A stretch of DNA of 64,000 bases, from the NCBI GenBank assembly GCA_050258455.1, contig JBLMYT010000093.1, positions 42,633 to 106,632 on the forward strand, in the 5' to 3' direction. Below the pieces are notes generated by a model. The model was not told where the DNA came from and made no database searches. It saw only the letters and a program-made list of their open reading frames with translations. Position numbers and translations under genes: made by a program. Numbering within the stretch: position 1 is the stretch's first letter; each line of letters begins with the position of its first letter. This DNA is from Candidatus Omnitrophota bacterium. Its GTDB lineage: Bacteria > Acidobacteriota > Aminicenantia > UBA2199. Shown in pieces: positions 58,727-64,000 of the stretch.

Positions 58727-59502
58727 TCGTTCGACTCCAATCTCGGACCAACCCCCGGGTCAAGGCGTTGGTGAAGCATAAAGAGGCCTATTTCGTTTTT
58801 GAAGGGGAAAAGCTGGTTTTGGATATCCTTCATCGGGGAATCGCCATCGATATTTTGATGGTCAATGAGAGTAAGGAGCCTTCCTTTCGGGTGCCCGACA
58901 ATGCCCGGGTCCAGGAAACCTGGTTGGCGTCCGAGTCGGTCATGGAAAAGGTCTCGGGTTTAAAGGAGACGCCCGATTTCATCGCTGTGTTAAAATTAGA
59001 AGAGAAACCGCTGCCCTTTCAGGAGCTCAAGGTCGTGATTGCCCTGGATCGGATCCAGGATCCGGCCAATGTGGGCACGGTGTTTCGGTGTGCGGCGGCA
59101 TTCGGGGTGGAGGCGATTGCGTTAACCGGGGAAAGTGTGGCCTTCAACAATACCAAATTGTTGCGGGCCGCGCAGAATTCGCTGTTGGATATCCGGTTTG
59201 CGCGGTTTGGCAGTGTGGCGCAACTGATCGAAGAGGCGAAAAAACACAACCCTGACATTCGGATTTATCTCACCTCCTCGCATGATGTCGAAACCGCGAT
59301 TTCGCCCCGTGAGATTGGTTCACCCTGCATCATTGTCTTTGGAAATGAAGGAAAGGGCGTGGACGAAGCGTTGTTTCAGCATTACCCGTGTGTGGCCATT
59401 CGCCAGTCGGATAAAGTCGAGTCGTTGAATGTGGGGGTCAGTGCCTGCATCATCATGCATGAATTGCAGCAATTCTTCGGTTCCGAGCAAATTCCAAAAT
59501 AA
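58723..59502 (+). CDS. TrmH/SpoU family RNA methyltransferase
   Basis: IQDPANVGT.FR, FGNEGKG, ESLNV. Confidence 0.92.
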   Translation: MIVRLQSRTNPRVKALVKHKEAYFVFEGEKLVLDILHRGIAIDILMVNESKEPSFRVPDNARVQETWLASESVMEKVSGLKETPDFIAVLKLEEKPLPFQELKVVIALDRIQDPANVGTVFRCAAAFGVEAIALTGESVAFNNTKLLRAAQNSLLDIRFARFGSVAQLIEEAKKHNPDIRIYLTSSHDVETAISPREIGSPCIIVFGNEGKGVDEALFQHYPCVAIRQSDKVESLNVGVSACIIMHELQQFFGSEQIPK

Positions 59503-59509
59503 ACCAACC

Positions 59510-59535
59510 GGGCGCACACGCGGGTGCGCCCCTCC
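59510..59535 (-). repeat. REP-like palindrome between convergent genes
   Basis: GGGCGCACACGCGGGTGCGCCCCTCC; its reverse complement is near-identical to 36733-36758. Confidence 0.65.
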
Positions 59536-59562
59536 AGCATATTCCACATCCCTAAAGACTTC

Positions 59563-61041
59563 TTACTCTTTTTTATGCTTTTTCCTAAAAAACGAAAACC
59601 GGGGCTTTTTCTCCTGAACCTTTTGGGCCATGTCTTTGAGGGCTTTTTCGGCCTGAAAATAATGGGCATCGATTTTGAGCGCTTTTTTAAAGCAGGCTTC
59701 CGCATTTTTGATCAGGTTTTCCGACCGGTACAGTTCGCCCAGGGCAAACACCGGGTCTGCGTTTAACGGCTGCAATTCCGCGGCTTTTTTCAGGTTGGTT
59801 TCGGCTTGCTGTTTATTTCCCTCGAGCTTGGATTGGCATAACCCCAGGAGCAGAAAATAGCTGGCCTTTGAGTTGTCGATGGAAATGGCGTCTTCCAGCA
59901 GTCGGGCGGCTTCCGGATATCGGATTTGCCGGTACAGGGACGTGGCTTTGGCGTATAGATGTCGGGCTCTTTTGGCCGGGTCTTCCAGTTCGGCCCCGTC
60001 TCTGGAGATCTGGGCATCGTATTCCCGACGCTTGGTAGGGGAGGTTAAAACTGCGTATCCGGCATTTATTTCGGCAAATACATCATTGGCCATTCGCATC
60101 AGGTTCGAATCGGCGGCGGCGTGGATGCGGTCCGGGTGGAATTTATGAGAAAAATCGAAATATTTTTGATTGATTTCTTCGACGGATGCGGACGGTTTTA
60201 CCCCGAACAGTTGGTAATAATTCCAGGGATGGCGATTGATTCGCTCATATAATTCGTTTAATTCCTCGATGGTTGAATGTTGTTCGTTTTGTTCTTCCGA
60301 ATTGGGATGAATTTGAGGCGTTTTAGCGGTTTCGGAAAAATCCAGGGCATCGATCAGGTAGAAGAAGAGGACAATTTCCCAGGGTGTAAACCCATCGATC
60401 ATCATGCGGGCATCCAGTTTGGAAATAAACTGGTCGGCCGGAATACGGGGAAAGCCGGAGATATAGTTATGAAAGGAAATATGGGCCGGTGTTAATAGAT
60501 CCAGGATATCCGGCAGAAGCGGATGGGTGGTAATGGCAGCGGGTCCGAATTTTTGTTTGTAAAAAGTGAGTTCCGGAACGTGTTTGAGTCCGGTTCGGAT
60601 CACTTCCGGGAGTTTAATATTGAAGTTTCGTTGTTTGAGTTCATTTTTCTCTTCCGGCATAAACTGCCATTGGCCCTGGGTGAGGGAGAAGCAGGCTGTG
60701 GTAATGGTGATTAACTGGCGGATCAGTGCGTGATAAACATCCCTGGTTTTGAGATTGGCGGTTTCGATCAGGATTTCGCCTATTTTTTTATAATACGGGG
60801 TGGCCTTTTTGATTTTAATGGCGTTTTCCAGTTGGGTTCTGGAAATTTTTCCTTCGGAGATCAGGATTTCGCCCAGGTGTTCCGGGGGAAACGTCGTTTT
60901 GGCGGAGTTCAGGCGGCCTTCGGTAAAATAGATTCTCCGGGAAATGGTTTCGCTCGTGACGTAAAGCATCCCGGACATTTTGTTTTTTCCTATATTTCTT
61001 AGGGTAAGCGGAATCGGAAAAAGTGCAATCTCGTTTGTCAT
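59563..61041 (-). CDS. DUF4388-like, DnaJ and TPR domain protein
   Basis: SGML.V...IYF.EG, LGEIL, NYYQLFGV...FHPD (HPD), TPR C-terminus. Confidence 0.82.
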   Translation of the reverse strand: MTNEIALFPIPLTLRNIGKNKMSGMLYVTSETISRRIYFTEGRLNSAKTTFPPEHLGEILISEGKISRTQLENAIKIKKATPYYKKIGEILIETANLKTRDVYHALIRQLITITTACFSLTQGQWQFMPEEKNELKQRNFNIKLPEVIRTGLKHVPELTFYKQKFGPAAITTHPLLPDILDLLTPAHISFHNYISGFPRIPADQFISKLDARMMIDGFTPWEIVLFFYLIDALDFSETAKTPQIHPNSEEQNEQHSTIEELNELYERINRHPWNYYQLFGVKPSASVEEINQKYFDFSHKFHPDRIHAAADSNLMRMANDVFAEINAGYAVLTSPTKRREYDAQISRDGAELEDPAKRARHLYAKATSLYRQIRYPEAARLLEDAISIDNSKASYFLLLGLCQSKLEGNKQQAETNLKKAAELQPLNADPVFALGELYRSENLIKNAEACFKKALKIDAHYFQAEKALKDMAQKVQEKKPRFSFFRKKHKKE

Positions 61042-61323
61042 CTATAATTATTATGGCATTTTTGCTTGTGATTTGTCAAATAATTATGTACGCAATAACC
61101 AAATCGTGATGAAACTTGAAACAGTTACCGAAATATGTTACAATCAAAACTTTTATATGATCATTTGAAATTCATTTGTTATTGATCGGTTCCAAAAACT
61201 AAAACAATTTTAATTCAAAGATAATATCTGACGTTGTAAAAGCTGTTATGGTTTGAAGCCATTGATTATCGATAAGGAAAATACCGATGCGAATTCAAGA
61301 TTTATCCGATTTAACAGTTATGA

Positions 61324-62751
61324 ATGGTGCGGGAAGAGGGAGTAAAAAATGGAGGAAATGAAATGGAGATAAAGGAAGAATTAAAAGAAACCCAACAGAA
61401 ATTATCGAAAGTTAATACTTCATTTTTCGAATTTGTTGAACGTCATCCTGTCGCCTTCCAGGCATCGACCTTTCGCACGTTGGATTTAAATAGCAAATTA
61501 TTTGTCTTGCAACCCTGGCCGACGTTTATTAACAAAACAGCCGTGGACGAGTTTCGGGAAGCCAGTGTCAAGGTATTTGAACTGATCAAGAGTATACCCC
61601 AACGCATTTTTGGTAATAATGTGGAAAAAATAAGCGCCTATTATGGCCTTCCCCTGCAGGTTGTCAAACTGCATTTGGAGGGAGCAACGGAACGCCATAT
61701 CCGGGATCTGGTAGGCAGAGGTGATTTTCTCCTGGGGCCATCAGGGTTAAAATGCCTTGAGTTCAATATTACCGCAAACCTCGGCGGATGGTATGTGCCC
61801 GTATGGGAAACCCTGTATCTGAACCACCCGCTGGTAGGAAAATTTTTAAGGGAATATCAGGTGAAAACCCACAATAGCAATTTAATCCATCAATTTTTGG
61901 AACATATCCTAGAGGCCATTCTTTTGGAATCGGAAAACCTGCACAGCCCTGAACGGAATACCGTTTTTGTGGTAAAAAATTACATGTCGGAAGCCGCGGA
62001 CCTGGGGGTTTATTTAAATGCCTATTATCAGACGCTTTTGAAAAAAAAAGATAGGCATTTAACCGGCGAAGTCATGGTTTGTGATTATCACCATATGAAG
62101 ACCATCGACAAACATTTATACTACAAGGGGAAACGGATTCATGCCCTGGTTGAATTCTACAATGGCCTTGTTCCGCCTGAAGTCCAGGACGTGTTTAGAG
62201 CGGGGAATGTCCGATTATGGAATGGACCGATTACCGATTTACTTTCCAGCAAGCTGAACCTGGCATTGCTCTCCGATTACCATGCGGCAGGATCCTGTTT
62301 CAGCGATGAAGAAAAGAGGATTATTGACCGATTCATCCCATGGTCTCGCAAAGTAACCCGCGGTTCGAGCACCTACGGGACAGAAATCATCGACCTGGAA
62401 CACTTTATCTTATCGCAAAAAGATCGATTGGTCATCAAATCCTCGGTGGGTTATGGGGGGAAAAGCGTGTTTGTGGGGCAGAAACTTTCGGCAACAGAAT
62501 GGGAAGGGGTCCTCCGAAAGGCCCTGGAAGGGGGAAATTGGATGGTCCAGGAATTTGTTGAAGCTCTATCCGCCGTGTACCAGTCGGGAGAAAATGGGTA
62601 TGAACCGCATGACATGGTATGGGGGATCTTTGTATTGGGATCCCAATATGGGGGAACCTGGGTTCGGGTCATGCCTCAAAAAGATAATAAGGGCACGATC
62701 AATTGCCATCAGGGGGCACGAGTCAGCGTTATTTTCGAAGTGGATGAATGA
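61324..62751 (+). CDS. ATP-grasp-type ligase (glutathionylspermidine synthase / circularly permuted ATP-grasp-like)
   Basis: RGDFLL....K.LEFN...GG, SKLNLALL, LVIK...GYGGK.V.VG, WMVQEFV, IN..QGA. Confidence 0.75.
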   Translation: MVREEGVKNGGNEMEIKEELKETQQKLSKVNTSFFEFVERHPVAFQASTFRTLDLNSKLFVLQPWPTFINKTAVDEFREASVKVFELIKSIPQRIFGNNVEKISAYYGLPLQVVKLHLEGATERHIRDLVGRGDFLLGPSGLKCLEFNITANLGGWYVPVWETLYLNHPLVGKFLREYQVKTHNSNLIHQFLEHILEAILLESENLHSPERNTVFVVKNYMSEAADLGVYLNAYYQTLLKKKDRHLTGEVMVCDYHHMKTIDKHLYYKGKRIHALVEFYNGLVPPEVQDVFRAGNVRLWNGPITDLLSSKLNLALLSDYHAAGSCFSDEEKRIIDRFIPWSRKVTRGSSTYGTEIIDLEHFILSQKDRLVIKSSVGYGGKSVFVGQKLSATEWEGVLRKALEGGNWMVQEFVEALSAVYQSGENGYEPHDMVWGIFVLGSQYGGTWVRVMPQKDNKGTINCHQGARVSVIFEVDE

Positions 62752-62785
62752 CATCGATACATAAAGACAGTGACATGGAGATCAG

Positions 62786-64000
62786 ATGATTATAAAAAGA
62801 TTTGAAGAATTCGTCGAACGGTTCCCTGGAAAAATTGCAGTAAACGATGGCCGTGTATCCCTGACCTACGCCGAACTGAACCGGCTCTCCAATGCCGTGG
62901 CCAACGCGGTCATGGCCCCGGATCATCCGTCGGACGCCCCCGAGGTATCCAACGTATCCCTTTTATTTGGTCACAATGCGGAAGCGATCATCGGAATAAT
63001 CGGAACGCTAAAAGCCTGTAAAACATATATTCCTCTGGATGCCGGTTATCCCCAAAAGAGATTATTGTACATTCTCGATCATTCGGAATCCCATATCATT
63101 CTGACCAACAACGCGAATTATTCGCTGGCCGAATCCTTGATCAACCAGTTAAACAAGAACATAAGGATTTTAAATATCGATGATATCATCCATACCATCC
63201 ACCGAACCGATGCAAGCCTTTCGGGCAATAGAAATAATAATATTGTTAATCATTTTAACAGGATTGAAAGGATCGCCGACGGAAAACGCATCGCTTATAT
63301 TCTTTATACCTCCGGATCGACCGGAAACCCGAAAGGGGTCGTTCAAAACCATGAGAACGTGTTGCATTTCATCGACGAGTGGGTCCGGATCTTTGGCATT
63401 ACCGCATCTCACTACCTGACCCTCTTCTCCTCGTTGAGCCATGATGCGGCCATTCCGGACATATTCGGTACGCTGCTGAGTGGGGCCACCTTGTATCCGT
63501 ACGACATCAAGGGAAGATCCAATATGGAGGACCTGGCGACCTGGCTGCAACGGGAACGCCTCAATATCTGGCATTCGGTTCCCACATTTTACCGGTTTTT
63601 TACCCGAACACTGCGCGACGAGCAGAGTTTTCCCGATCTGGAACTGATCGTGCTCGGGGGAGAAGAAGTTCGAAGCCATGACGTTTTAATCGCCAGATCC
63701 AATTTTTCTTCGTCCAGATTTGCCAATATTTATGGTCAAACCGAATCCACGGTCAATTCCATCTGGCTGGTATCTCCCGAAGATCCTCTGTCCAAAGTCG
63801 TTATTGGGGAGCCCATCGAGGGAACGGAGATCTTCCTGGTGGATGAAAGCGGATGCCCGGTGGAAGGGATGGGAATCGGAGAAATTGTTGTTGCCAGTAA
63901 CCATGTGGCTTTGGGATATTGGAAGGATCCGGAGAATACGGAAAACGTATTCACCCATTCGGAACTGGGGCGAATGTACTGGACCGGCGATATGGGGCAA
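62786..64000 (+). CDS. NRPS initiating adenylation domain (partial, runs off the window)
   Basis: Translated by hand from ATG 62786 (GGAG RBS): LTYAELN (A1), LKA..YIPLD (A2), AYILYTSGSTGNPKG (A3), LGGE, NIYGQTE (A5), YWTGD (A7); open to the window end. Confidence 0.92.
   Translation, partial: MIIKRFEEFVERFPGKIAVNDGRVSLTYAELNRLSNAVANAVMAPDHPSDAPEVSNVSLLFGHNAEAIIGIIGTLKACKTYIPLDAGYPQKRLLYILDHSESHIILTNNANYSLAESLINQLNKNIRILNIDDIIHTIHRTDASLSGNRNNNIVNHFNRIERIADGKRIAYILYTSGSTGNPKGVVQNHENVLHFIDEWVRIFGITASHYLTLFSSLSHDAAIPDIFGTLLSGATLYPYDIKGRSNMEDLATWLQRERLNIWHSVPTFYRFFTRTLRDEQSFPDLELIVLGGEEVRSHDVLIARSNFSSSRFANIYGQTESTVNSIWLVSPEDPLSKVVIGEPIEGTEIFLVDESGCPVEGMGIGEIVVASNHVALGYWKDPENTENVFTHSELGRMYWTGDMGQ

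Noticed and set aside
63170-64000. Minus-strand ORFs at the window end
   Set aside because: They are shadows of the plus-strand NRPS adenylation domain frame.

Overview
Bacterial chromosome segment. The gene style (AAA/PD-(D/E)XK protein, HTH-only AraC, six-bladed propeller proteins, NRPS content) suggests Aminicenantia/Acidobacteriota, but this is inference only. Most of it is housekeeping: scpB, hisC, hflKC, dedA, three sensor kinases, ltaE, tRNA-Gly and tRNA-Cys, dGTPase, dut, pyrC, rplU-rpmA-obgE-nadD-rsfS, aat and mreBCD-mrdA-rodA. The main accessory feature is a visibly AT-rich island at about 27.9-36.8 kb holding a compact RiPP-like locus. It has a 62-aa precursor with four Cys in CX3C spacing and a Trp/Gly-rich tail, two different radical SAM/SPASM maturases, and a divergent ABC exporter plus beta-propeller operon. 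The island also carries a secreted papain-like protein between about 100-bp direct repeats, a 12x43-bp non-coding tandem array and a broken vapBC pair. The window ends with an ATP-grasp ligase followed by the start of an NRPS (A domain, absent from the ORF track); an Sfp PPTase and TEII pair lies about 46 kb upstream. Other oddities are a sigma54 activator with a degenerate Walker B, IS256-end/REP hybrid mini-elements and several predicted leaderless genes.
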